From Wickerhamiella versatilis (lineage: Eukaryota), in NCBI GenBank assembly GCA_030867685.1, contig JAQOWU010000003.1, positions 248,001 to 312,000 of the forward strand: a stretch of DNA of 64,000 bases. The letters are read 5' to 3'. Below the pieces are notes generated by a model. That model worked only from the letters and a program-made list of their open reading frames with translations. It made no database searches and was not told the origin of the DNA. This document shows positions 9,778-19,419 of this stretch, in pieces. Made by a program: the position numbers and the translations under genes. How positions within the stretch are numbered: position 1 is the stretch's first letter; every line of letters starts with the position of its first letter.

Positions 9778-11358
9778 TTAATAGGCGTAGCGGAATTCAG
9801 GGTTTTCGAAGTCTGTAAGATCGGCAAATTCGGCATTCTTCATATCTGGGGGAAGTGCTTTACCTAAGCGGTCCCTGCGTCGATTCTCCCACACATTCAA
9901 CAGCTGAATGAGTATAACGCAGAAAAGAAGCACAACGGAACACACAGCCATTGCTAGCTTCCCAGATGTATAATTTGGCGGCCCCCGAAAGCTCTGAGGC
10001 CCGCAGGCGCAACCTGCGGCGTACGCCGTGAGGGTAAGGGCACTTGTAACCACTTTCTTAGTGTGTCCTGCGGTGTTTGATGCGATACTAGAGATCAGGG
10101 CAGTAAATGCAGGGAAAATACTCCAATACCAGATATATGCTCCCGCCAATTGTGAGCCTGCATTGGGTCCCCAGGCTAACAGGCAAAGGGCGAGTACCGA
10201 CACTGCTGCACCAAAAATCCCCCACACCATGCGGCATCTCGTGAAGAAGTATGCTGCCAATACTGCGTTGAATGCACAGACTATGAATTCTGTACCCCCA
10301 GCTGGCAAGGACATTAGTAGAGACATGTTGCCGGTGTTGTCATCCTTTATGATCCCTTGGATTACCAGAGAGAGGAAGCTGGACAGCGCTCCTGATGGAA
10401 ACTCACAGGCAAACATGCCGGCAAAATATACATATGTTCTGAGGTCTTTAAATACTTCAATGAATTGATAAAGCTTAAACTCTGCGTTACCATACCCCTG
10501 TTTGTTGTCGCGAATTCTCTCAATGTGGCCTCTAGCCTCATCCTCAGTTAGGAACCAAGCCTCGCTTGGAGTATCCGGGATGTGAAACCAGAACAATACG
10601 CCAAGAATAAAGCTTATTGCGCCCACGGTGATGAATAGAGCCTTCCATCCGGCTATGTCCAGCGTCCCATCCAATCGTCTCACATTGAAGCCGTAACCTG
10701 CTGCAAGAATTATAATATAGCCTAGCCCATTGAATGAGCACCAGAACAATATTCTGCTGAATTGCTCCTCGCGTTTGTACCATTGAGCTGTTATCAAAGT
10801 GAATGACGGCGTTATAACACTTTCAAGAACACCCAGTATGGTCCGGCATGCCAGATAACCAGCGACATTACGGCACGCTGCAGAACACAGCATCACGACT
10901 CCCCACAGTACAACTGTAATTGACGTGACTTTCGCTATAGGGAATCGCTGAATGACCAAGGACATAGGAAGCTGGAAGATAAGGAAGCCGAGGTAGAAGC
11001 TCGTACCTACCCAGCTGTACTGGCCCGAGGACATATTAAGATCCTTTTTCAAGCCCATAACAGCAGCAGGGCTGTTGGAGAGCTTGTCCATATACTGAGC
11101 GGCATATACGCAAGACAGAAAGAGGGTGACGTAGAGATCAGCTTTCCATCGAAGTCTTTTTTCGGCCTGGGGACTTAACTTCAATGCACCGTGATTCTCC
11201 AACTCAAGAAGCGCAACATCTTTGGTGGTATGCTGTTTCAAATGGTGTTCCAACGGGTCTACCACGTGCCCAACTTCATTGAGTTCTCCAGTTTGGATAT
11301 CATCATCAATTCCTTTCGCCGCTATGACAGGCGATTTTTTAATGTCTTCCAGACTCAT
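9778..11358 (-). CDS. MFS transporter, Dal5/allantoate family (second paralogue)
   Basis: First ATG is 11358 (MSLEDIKK); YSWVGTSFYLG, AQWYKREEQ, NTAGHTKK, FADLTDFENPEFRYAY. Confidence 0.92.
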   Translation of the reverse strand: MSLEDIKKSPVIAAKGIDDDIQTGELNEVGHVVDPLEHHLKQHTTKDVALLELENHGALKLSPQAEKRLRWKADLYVTLFLSCVYAAQYMDKLSNSPAAVMGLKKDLNMSSGQYSWVGTSFYLGFLIFQLPMSLVIQRFPIAKVTSITVVLWGVVMLCSAACRNVAGYLACRTILGVLESVITPSFTLITAQWYKREEQFSRILFWCSFNGLGYIIILAAGYGFNVRRLDGTLDIAGWKALFITVGAISFILGVLFWFHIPDTPSEAWFLTEDEARGHIERIRDNKQGYGNAEFKLYQFIEVFKDLRTYVYFAGMFACEFPSGALSSFLSLVIQGIIKDDNTGNMSLLMSLPAGGTEFIVCAFNAVLAAYFFTRCRMVWGIFGAAVSVLALCLLAWGPNAGSQLAGAYIWYWSIFPAFTALISSIASNTAGHTKKVVTSALTLTAYAAGCACGPQSFRGPPNYTSGKLAMAVCSVVLLFCVILIQLLNVWENRRRDRLGKALPPDMKNAEFADLTDFENPEFRYAY

Positions 11359-11875
11359 CCTGCAGAACGGAACCGTGTCAAGGTGGTAGTGCTTCCCCTT
11401 CCGTAGGCTTCTGATACTTGAATAAGCCACTGTCGCTCCCCCTTTCCCAATCGTCCATTTGAATAGATAAGAGTACGATCTCAGTCATCCAACGGTAAGA
11501 TGGTGACTTCCCAGTCGATTCAGACGCAAGTAGCTGCTGAGGCCATTTACCAACTTTGATACATGTGGTGGTGCAGATATATCGCCTATTCGTCTCAATC
11601 ACCCCCTCGTATCCACTGGAAACCGATCAAGATTGAATTAATTTGTAAGCCCAATCACTGGACCTTATGCTTTAATTGTAGTACTATAGAGCTATCAAAA
11701 GCGGTTGAACAGTAAGAATCTATTTTGACATTCGGTGCAAACGATGAATGTCAGTGGCTTTCCGCTGGCGGTTGGCGGCTCGCGGCTCGCGCTCCTTGGA
11801 TCGACCCTAACCCGTATTGCTTTATATTTGGCCATACCTATTTTTGTTTCTCAAGAGGGGGCTTCATACGAAATC

Positions 11876-12601
11876 ATGTGCACCAAACTCTCAGATTATC
11901 GTCTTCTTTGCTTTGATGTGTATGGAACGCTTATTGACTGGGAAGCTGGTATACTCCAAGCCTTTCAACCAACCCTTGAAAAAAATCACAAAGCAGATGC
12001 TTTTACACGAGAGGAACTGTTGAAGACATACCATGAATTAGAGCGAGAACAACAAACCAAAACACCGGATCTGCCTTACTCCGAACTACTGGAAATAGTC
12101 CATCCTCAATTCGCATCACGGCTGGGTCTTGAACCTCCCTCCCCGGACGAAAGCAAAGCCTTTGGCCAGTCTGTGGGGAGCTGGCCAGCATTTTCAGATA
12201 CTGTGGAGGCATTGCGTCGGTTAGCGAAACATTATAAGCTTGGCGTTCTTTCCAACGTCGATCGCGAATCCTTCGCAAAAACCAATGCTGGAAGCTTGGG
12301 TGGAGTTCCATTTGATCTGGTGGTTACTGCCCAGGATGTTGGGTCTTACAAGCCAAGCCTTCGTAACTTCGACTACATTCTCAATGAAGCGAAGTCCAAG
12401 TTCGATATAGATCCCCAGCAGGTATTGCCAACTGCACAGAGCCAGTTCCACGATCACCAGCCTGCACATAAAAAAGGGCTGAAGTCGTCGTGGATTGTAA
12501 GACCAGGTGCTACAATGGGTAATGTCGAAGATGCAATTTATGACTGGAAATTCGACACTCTCGGTGACATGGCCGATGCGCTCGAGAGAGAAGAATACTA
12601 A
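11876..12601 (+). CDS. HAD-superfamily hydrolase (haloacid dehalogenase type II), most like L-azetidine-2-carboxylate hydrolase
   Basis: Likely start 11876 (MCTKLSDY). FDVYGTLIDWEAGI, QQTKTP, FGQSVGSWPAFSDTVEAL, HYKLGVLSNVDR, TAQDVGSYKP and TAQSQFHDH are collinear with Pseudomonas AZC hydrolase / Aspergillus AzhA-type proteins as I recall them. Confidence 0.85.
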   Translation: MCTKLSDYRLLCFDVYGTLIDWEAGILQAFQPTLEKNHKADAFTREELLKTYHELEREQQTKTPDLPYSELLEIVHPQFASRLGLEPPSPDESKAFGQSVGSWPAFSDTVEALRRLAKHYKLGVLSNVDRESFAKTNAGSLGGVPFDLVVTAQDVGSYKPSLRNFDYILNEAKSKFDIDPQQVLPTAQSQFHDHQPAHKKGLKSSWIVRPGATMGNVEDAIYDWKFDTLGDMADALEREEY

Positions 12602-12662
12602 TTATATATTTAGAAACAAAAATTAGGATTGAATGCTATTAAGTGTGTATATAGTGGTCATA

Positions 12663-14336
12663 TTATGCAAAACTGAGCACCACTCCCTTGTTCTGAGCAA
12701 GCTCGTTCCAGTCAACACAGCGGGTGCCGTCATGATCGAGAGACCACACCTCTTCCAGCAGAGACTTGACTTGGGTTACATTACGCGCACGCACTCGCTT
12801 GGAGAGTCCATCAAGCATCTCACTAACTGACTTGCGTTGCTGTGAGCACCAGGATGCTGCACCAGTGATAAATAACGGGAAGAGAATTGCACCTTCAACT
12901 TGGCTGCAAAGGAGCTGGGGTAAAAGCACATTCAACTCGCGAGCAGACTTACGAATTAGCGGCGATCTTGAGCAGACATGAAAAATACACTGGTATAAAT
13001 GCAATATAGCAACTTTCTGGAACACTTCAAAGAGGACTACCTGAAGGCGCAAATCTGTGATACTAAGATTTGCTAATAGCTCAGTATCTGGACGGCATGC
13101 TAAGATTTTGCGCTCAATTGCCTTAGCACGGGCTGTGATAGGGGACCATTCGCCCACTTCATTGTGTAATTCAAGCTCGTCTTGATGTTTTGCATCCCTT
13201 GCAAGCTCATTAATGGCTACAAGCTCCACAAATAGATCTTCACAACAGGCGCACAATGTATCCGGAAACTTTTCTGTTTCCTGGGAAAAAATGAAGGCGA
13301 AGTCCTGGCTACTGAAGAGCATAGGGCACTCTAGGGAGCTTGAGGCAAGGATCTCGTGATATGCGAAGTTTTTTAGCAACCACCGAACACTTTTACTCTC
13401 TAGAAAGCTGGCGAGTCCACCTTGTTTCTGGATCACTTCAGCGGCCCAGCGCATATACTGACGCCAGTCACTTACATCTCCACAGCATATTTTTCCCGAC
13501 GCCATACAGAGGAGTGACGCCAGTACTTCCTCCTTCAGCATTGGTTCCCTAAGTTCCATGCGTTCAGCCGCTAATGCAAAGTACTTGCGACCAATATCTT
13601 CGTCCCCTCTATGCCATGCAGCCCATCCAATGAGTGCGTAAAGCGTACTGCTACAACGTAAACTTATAGCCAGAAACACTGTTCGAAAGTAATTGACCGG
13701 GGAAACGGTGGCCATGGCACTCTGATAGTCCCTAAAGTACTCAAAAAGTTCGATTCCCTCTAAATCTAAGTTTGGATATGCGCTTTGAAGCATGCAGGTC
13801 GATGGAGTGGGCTCATTGGCCACACCTAGAGGAGGATCCAGGTCTTCATCTCCCAGCAAGTTTGCGATATCTGACGGGTGTGAGCTGTTTATCTCGCCTA
13901 ATATACAGGCTGGAGAAAAAAATGAATCAAAAGGTAATGAAGGCATTACTGGGCTTGATGCAGCAGGAAGCGGTACAGAAAGACTTGGCGCAGAGACCCC
14001 GGATGTCAGCTCTTCTGGATTAGATCTGAGAGAAAAATCTGTGAAGTGAAGAGGCAACTCAAGCTCCCGTTCCCCTCCGGCTGAGTTCCAAACGCTAGTG
14101 TGAAGAACTGATTGATGCCCCCGTCTTGGCGGCCTACCCATATTTCCATGTTTTTGGATGGACGGATCCGAATATTGGCACGTGAGGTTGAGCCGAACGC
14201 ATGCAGCGCATCTAGGTCGTGATTGATCACATCGCTTCTTTCGCCTTTTGCACATCAAGCACCCATACCTAGAGCGTCTGCCAATCCCATGCGGTGTGGT
14301 AGCTACTCTACTAGAAGATAAAGATTCTTCTTCCAT
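12663..14336 (-). CDS. Zn(II)2Cys6 transcription factor with fungal-specific TF C-terminal domain
   Basis: GCLMCKRRKKRCDQSRPRCAACVRLNLTCQY; FAYHEILAS, LFPLFITG, DWNEL in the C-terminal domain. Confidence 0.93.
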   Translation of the reverse strand: MEEESLSSSRVATTPHGIGRRSRYGCLMCKRRKKRCDQSRPRCAACVRLNLTCQYSDPSIQKHGNMGRPPRRGHQSVLHTSVWNSAGGERELELPLHFTDFSLRSNPEELTSGVSAPSLSVPLPAASSPVMPSLPFDSFFSPACILGEINSSHPSDIANLLGDEDLDPPLGVANEPTPSTCMLQSAYPNLDLEGIELFEYFRDYQSAMATVSPVNYFRTVFLAISLRCSSTLYALIGWAAWHRGDEDIGRKYFALAAERMELREPMLKEEVLASLLCMASGKICCGDVSDWRQYMRWAAEVIQKQGGLASFLESKSVRWLLKNFAYHEILASSSLECPMLFSSQDFAFIFSQETEKFPDTLCACCEDLFVELVAINELARDAKHQDELELHNEVGEWSPITARAKAIERKILACRPDTELLANLSITDLRLQVVLFEVFQKVAILHLYQCIFHVCSRSPLIRKSARELNVLLPQLLCSQVEGAILFPLFITGAASWCSQQRKSVSEMLDGLSKRVRARNVTQVKSLLEEVWSLDHDGTRCVDWNELAQNKGVVLSFA

Positions 14337-14383
14337 GAGTCATCATTCCAGAATTGATTACCAATCTGCCGTTGATAACGCAA

Positions 14384-16039
14384 ATGAATGAGGAGTCTGG
14401 GGTGAGTTCAGAAAGAACTCCCCTTATTCAGGAAACATACAATGGCTTGTCAAGACGTAGATTGATCCTGCTGCTTGCTGCACTATATTCTGGATCGCTT
14501 CTAGCTGCAATGGACTCCACGATTGTTGCGACTCTAATGGGACATATAGCCAGCGACCTTGAACAGCTGGATAATATATCATGGGTTGCAACGGGCTACA
14601 CTGTTTCGTACTCTGCATTCCAACCTCTCTATGGTAAACTTTCTGATATCGTGGGTCGAAGGAAGGTATGTGTTTCCTGTACGCTCATATTTGCGTTAGG
14701 GTGTGCCATGTGCGGCATAGCCAGAGGGCTTCCTATGCTTATAAGCGGTCGGTTTGTATCTGGGATTGGTGCTGGAGGAATGCTTTCTATGTCCACGATC
14801 ACCATTTCCGACTACATACCACTACGGAAACGCGGGTTATTCCAGGCGATCTCAACTGTGGCATTTGCCTGTGGATCTGCAGCTGGTGGAATATTAGGGA
14901 GCTGGTTCACTTATTTTGGAGGGTGGAGACTCGCATTTGAAGCTCAAGTACCTTTAATTATGCTTTGTGCCGCTGCTGTTTTCTACACTGTTGTTGATAA
15001 AGAGACAAAAGGTACAAATCCAGATGGTGCCCCTGGAAACAAATTAGGAAGGATAGATTTTGTGGGTTCTTGCTCTTCAATCATGGCGCTCTTGTTGCTT
15101 ATGGTGGGTACCACGACGGGTGGAAATCAATTCTCATGGATCAGCACGCCGATATTTTTATGCTTCATTCTGTCGGCACTGCTATTTGGCTTCTTCATTT
15201 ACTGGGAGTCTTACAGAGCCTCTGAACCCATTATGCCCATGAATATCCTGAGCAATAGAACGGTGTGGACTGCGTGCTTCACGAATTTCCTTGGGTGCGC
15301 AATGACTTTTGCTTTCATATATTATGGTCCCCTATTCCTTCAGGCGCTCTATGGCTATAGTTATACCACTGTATCCTACCGTCTTATAGCAAACTTCGCC
15401 GGACTTGCTGTTGGTTCGCTAAGTTCTGGAATCTACATACGCCATACAGGTCGTTACTGGTGGGCAGGAATATGGAGCTCCATAGCCGGGTTTTTTTCAG
15501 GCCTATTCTTTCTTTTAGGTACATCATGGAGCTCCAGCGGATCAAATATTTGGTACCAGGAAATAGCCTTTTTTCTACAAGGAACAGGGTATTGTGCAAT
15601 GCTCACTACCACTCTCATAGCCCTAATTTCTGCAGTACCTCCTGAATTCCAGGCCATTACCACTGCAGCACAGTATACCTTTAGGGGGGCTGGCTCTTCG
15701 ATTGGTATTTCAGCCGCTGCTGCTGTAATGCAGAACGTACTGAATTGGCGACTGAATACCCTCCTTCCCGACACCAAAGAGGCCGAGGAAGTGATCCGCA
15801 ATGTTTCAAAAAGCATTGAAGCCATACAAAATGTTCCAGATGAATACTTTAATGCAGTCATTAATAGCTACAATGTCACGGAGGTGGCCGTGTTTTCTTT
15901 GATTTTCGCACTAGGTGTTGTCGCCCTTCTGACCTCTTTTTTACAAGGTGAGCATGAGCTCGAGAAAAAACCAGCCTATCGGCACGAAATCGAATCAATC
16001 GCGGAGCAAACTATTGACGAGCCAGCGGTGGAATTTTAG
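14384..16039 (+). CDS. 14-TM MFS (DHA2), Vba-like vacuolar basic amino acid transporter
   Basis: First ATG is 14384; N-terminal SERTPLI dileucine-type sorting motif; QPLYGKLSDIVGRR, GRFVSGIGAGG, SDYIPLRKRG. Confidence 0.88.
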   Translation: MNEESGVSSERTPLIQETYNGLSRRRLILLLAALYSGSLLAAMDSTIVATLMGHIASDLEQLDNISWVATGYTVSYSAFQPLYGKLSDIVGRRKVCVSCTLIFALGCAMCGIARGLPMLISGRFVSGIGAGGMLSMSTITISDYIPLRKRGLFQAISTVAFACGSAAGGILGSWFTYFGGWRLAFEAQVPLIMLCAAAVFYTVVDKETKGTNPDGAPGNKLGRIDFVGSCSSIMALLLLMVGTTTGGNQFSWISTPIFLCFILSALLFGFFIYWESYRASEPIMPMNILSNRTVWTACFTNFLGCAMTFAFIYYGPLFLQALYGYSYTTVSYRLIANFAGLAVGSLSSGIYIRHTGRYWWAGIWSSIAGFFSGLFFLLGTSWSSSGSNIWYQEIAFFLQGTGYCAMLTTTLIALISAVPPEFQAITTAAQYTFRGAGSSIGISAAAAVMQNVLNWRLNTLLPDTKEAEEVIRNVSKSIEAIQNVPDEYFNAVINSYNVTEVAVFSLIFALGVVALLTSFLQGEHELEKKPAYRHEIESIAEQTIDEPAVEF

Positions 16040-16069
16040 GCCTTATAAATCTCTAAAAATTAGCGATAG

Positions 16070-17302
16070 CTATATATCACAGTACACCCACTCCCCATTC
16101 TTAATGATTCCCGAAATTCCATTACTTTGGTCTGTTAGTAGACTAATGTTCTCCAATGGATCACCATCCACAATCAAAATATCGGCATACGCGCCTTCAA
16201 AAATGACTCCTAATAGGCCTTCCATTCCTAGAATTTCAGCGCCGATAAGAGTTGCTTGACAAATAGTATCAAAGTTACCAATAAGCTTGGAGCGTATAGT
16301 AAGCTCCTCGCTCTGGAAAGGATGCAAATCGCCAAGAAGATCGGTGCCAAGACCCATCTTAACGCCCTTCCGGTGGAGAAGCTTCGTGGCCTTCAACCCT
16401 TCGAGGCGTACTGTCTCATTTTTTTCCAGCGACTCCTTTGGCATCCCTGCCTCGGCGCCTTTCCGCTTCATTGCCTCATAGGTTACCAGGGTTGGTACTG
16501 CATATGTCCCATGCTCAAGCATCAAGTCCGCGGTAGGCTCATCTATCAGATTGGCGTGTTCAATTGTGCGCACACCCAGCTTCACAAGCCGCGAGACAGC
16601 CGTGGGTGTGTACGCATGAGCCATAACGTATGTTTGGTGTGATTGCGCCACTTCCACAATCGCCTTGATCTCATCGACAGAATATTGCAGGTTACCAATT
16701 GGGTCTGTCGGAGAAGCAACACCACCAGATGCCATTATTTTAATCTGGGATGCTCCTGCACGCAGTTCTTCCCTTGCTGCCTTTCTTACCTCGTCAACGC
16801 CGTCCACAATCCGACCCAATGCGCCCATACTACGATGGCAATCGCATAGCTCAGGCTTGCTGTTATCAAAACGACCACGGAAGTCAGCATGGCCACCAGT
16901 CTGGGAAAGTGACTTTCCAGATATGAATAAACGTGGTCCTGGAACCAACCCTTCTTCAATAGCCTGGCAAAGCGCGAAGTCCGCACCGCCGGCGTCCCTA
17001 ACAGTGGTGAATCCGCGGCTTAACATTCCTTTTAGGATTGGCAGAGCCCTCAAAACAGCAAGGGTATCAGGCAACTTGCTGTTAGGCCCGAGGCTTGCAT
17101 TGGATGCAATCACATGGACGTGACAGTCAATCATTCCTGGCATCACTGTCCTACCCTGGAGGTCCACATTGACTGCACCTTCCGCAGTGATGAGTTCTTT
17201 TGTTACCTTGGCAATTCTACCCTCATGAATCAAAATTGTATAGAGGCTTTTGTCATCCCGATGGTAGGCATCGACAATCCTTGAGTTTCGAAGCACTATC
17301 AT
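16070..17302 (-). CDS. Metal-dependent amidohydrolase, Xaa-Pro dipeptidase/prolidase-like subfamily (bacterial-type)
   Basis: MPGMIDCHVH (HxH), GFTTVRDAGG, QTGGHADF, QIKIMASGGVASPTDP, AHAY, IEHAN, GTDLLG. Confidence 0.9.
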   Translation of the reverse strand: MIVLRNSRIVDAYHRDDKSLYTILIHEGRIAKVTKELITAEGAVNVDLQGRTVMPGMIDCHVHVIASNASLGPNSKLPDTLAVLRALPILKGMLSRGFTTVRDAGGADFALCQAIEEGLVPGPRLFISGKSLSQTGGHADFRGRFDNSKPELCDCHRSMGALGRIVDGVDEVRKAAREELRAGASQIKIMASGGVASPTDPIGNLQYSVDEIKAIVEVAQSHQTYVMAHAYTPTAVSRLVKLGVRTIEHANLIDEPTADLMLEHGTYAVPTLVTYEAMKRKGAEAGMPKESLEKNETVRLEGLKATKLLHRKGVKMGLGTDLLGDLHPFQSEELTIRSKLIGNFDTICQATLIGAEILGMEGLLGVIFEGAYADILIVDGDPLENISLLTDQSNGISGIIKNGEWVYCDI

Positions 17303-17667
17303 TCGCCGGTGTATTATGTAATGGTCGAGATAAGCATTCTAAAGAGGCACCATGACCCATCACGACGAGTTCTTGCTCGGTGGATCCTTTTACAAAATTT
17401 TTGACTTCTTTAACTTATGGGCCAGCAGTCGTTGACTTATCTCTCGTGTAAAATCTCGGATAGATACGAACATGGGCATTTCCATGCAGAACCTTAACCT
17501 TTAATGAGCTAAAATAAACCCATCAGATAATTCATGGTATCTTTTTACGGTAGTAAACCACTAGCTCAACACATTTTCTAATTTTAGAACAGAACTGTTA
17601 GCGTCTGTATTAGTCATATATCGGCCATTTAACTTATAAGCAGCATTCGATCCGGGCAACCTCTGCA

Positions 17668-18528
17668 ATGTCTACGTCTGCATATACAAATACAAAATAT
17701 GACGCGGCAGGATATCAATTATTCCGTCCTACCTATCCAGATTCATTATATGAGCATTTATCTAGTTATATTGGTTGCACCAAGCCGGCATTAGCTGTGG
17801 ATTTAGGATGCGGTACAGGTCAAGCTACTAAAGCTCTGGCCAGTAAAGTATCAAAGGTCTATGGCGTCGACATCTCGGAAGCTATGATAAAACAGGCGAA
17901 GGAGCAACCTGACTTACCCTCCAACGTTGACTACCTAGTTGGAAATGACACCACCTTGCTGGATACATTTGCCCCTCACAGTGTTGACCTGTTGACTGTG
18001 GCCGAAGCATTCCATTACATGTCCTTTCCGGGCTTTCTTGACTCGGTCCACAGGATCCTCAAGCCTAATGGGGTACTGGCTGTTTGGTCATACTACATGC
18101 CTGCCATCATTTTAAACGAATCTGACACAAAGTCTGGATATACTCAAGCGGGCGACATGATATCTCGGCTCAACTTTGAGACATTATCGCCGTACTGGGA
18201 GAAGAGACAGCATAATCTTGACGACATGTATGCCTCCATCAAGTTCCCTCCAAATCAATTCAAGGATGTGGAAAGGCAGGTGAACGACAACGATAAACTC
18301 CGCCCTGGGCAGCCTTTTGAGCTCGTGCGAAATGACATGAAGTACCGCGATGTTATAAATTTGGTACGGACGTGGTCAAGTTATCACAATTGGAAGCGAG
18401 CCCATCCCGAAGATCCAGATATTGTGGACATCACTGACGAAAAAATCAAGCAAGCCACGGGGCTCCAAGAAGATGATGCGGTTACCGTCAAGTGGAATAC
18501 CGTTTACATATTTGCCCGCGCAATATAA
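17668..18528 (+). CDS. SAM-dependent methyltransferase, Tmt1/Crg1-like
   Basis: YQLFRPTYP, VDLGCGTGQAT, GVDISEAMI, AEAFHY, LKPNGVLAVWSY, RTWSSYHNW. Confidence 0.87.
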   Translation: MSTSAYTNTKYDAAGYQLFRPTYPDSLYEHLSSYIGCTKPALAVDLGCGTGQATKALASKVSKVYGVDISEAMIKQAKEQPDLPSNVDYLVGNDTTLLDTFAPHSVDLLTVAEAFHYMSFPGFLDSVHRILKPNGVLAVWSYYMPAIILNESDTKSGYTQAGDMISRLNFETLSPYWEKRQHNLDDMYASIKFPPNQFKDVERQVNDNDKLRPGQPFELVRNDMKYRDVINLVRTWSSYHNWKRAHPEDPDIVDITDEKIKQATGLQEDDAVTVKWNTVYIFARAI

Positions 18529-18573
18529 GTCTTTGGCTTAGCAACCTACATAAATCTAAGTAAGTATTTTGTT

Positions 18574-19263
18574 TTAAAACATCGCTTCAGCACTATAATT
18601 TACTGGTACCTCGGCGACACTGGCCGTGTTAGGCAAGCTAACCACCGTGCTGACAATATTTGCAATATCCTCGGGCTGAGTTACCTTGTCCAACTGATTT
18701 TCGGCCATTTGATACCGTGCCATATCTGTTGCTACAAAACTAGGACATATCGCGGTTGTGCGAATACCCTTGGAGAATCCCACCTGTCGCAACCCATGTG
18801 CAAGGGCGAGAACTGCGTGCTTCGTCACTGCATAGGAAGAAGAGGCCTGTGATGCCACCCGTTTAGACGACAGCGAGGCTATAACGACGATACGCCCACT
18901 TCCAGTCTTCTCAAGCGAAGGGAAGGCTGCTTTAGCCAGCCGACGGGTCGCCCGTACATTCACCTGCCACATCGTGTCGAACTCCTCCTCAGTGACGTCG
19001 ATGACGGATTTTGGATACATCACCCCGGCATTCGCTATCAAGGCATCGATCCTACCGAACTTCTCCAAAGCATACTCAACCCATTCATCCTCGTTGCCCT
19101 TGAGGGCATCGTAGGGAAACACCTGGACACCTGGGCGCGCTCCCAGCTCCTCTCCACCACTTCTAATGCCTAGAGAGACATTCCAGCCATCAGCCAAGAA
19201 TTTTTCTGCTATGGCTTTTCCGATTCCTCGATTCGCACCGCTAATTAGCGCCACCCGGGTCAT
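18574..19263 (-). CDS. Short-chain dehydrogenase/reductase, bacterial-type
   Basis: SGANRGIG, FGRIDALIANAG, YAVTK (YxxxK), ICPSFVATDM, TQPEDIA. Confidence 0.9.
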   Translation of the reverse strand: MTRVALISGANRGIGKAIAEKFLADGWNVSLGIRSGGEELGARPGVQVFPYDALKGNEDEWVEYALEKFGRIDALIANAGVMYPKSVIDVTEEEFDTMWQVNVRATRRLAKAAFPSLEKTGSGRIVVIASLSSKRVASQASSSYAVTKHAVLALAHGLRQVGFSKGIRTTAICPSFVATDMARYQMAENQLDKVTQPEDIANIVSTVVSLPNTASVAEVPVNYSAEAMF

Positions 19264-19419
19264 GTGGGATAAGACTGATTGATATGAATAATGCGATTTG
19301 CTGCTGCAGAGATTAGATAGTGCATTAGGTGAAACAATCCGCTTGAGAATAAGAGATCCCGGCTCTAAATGTAGTCAGATATGAAACTAAACATGCTATT
19401 TTATTTACGAACTACGGAT

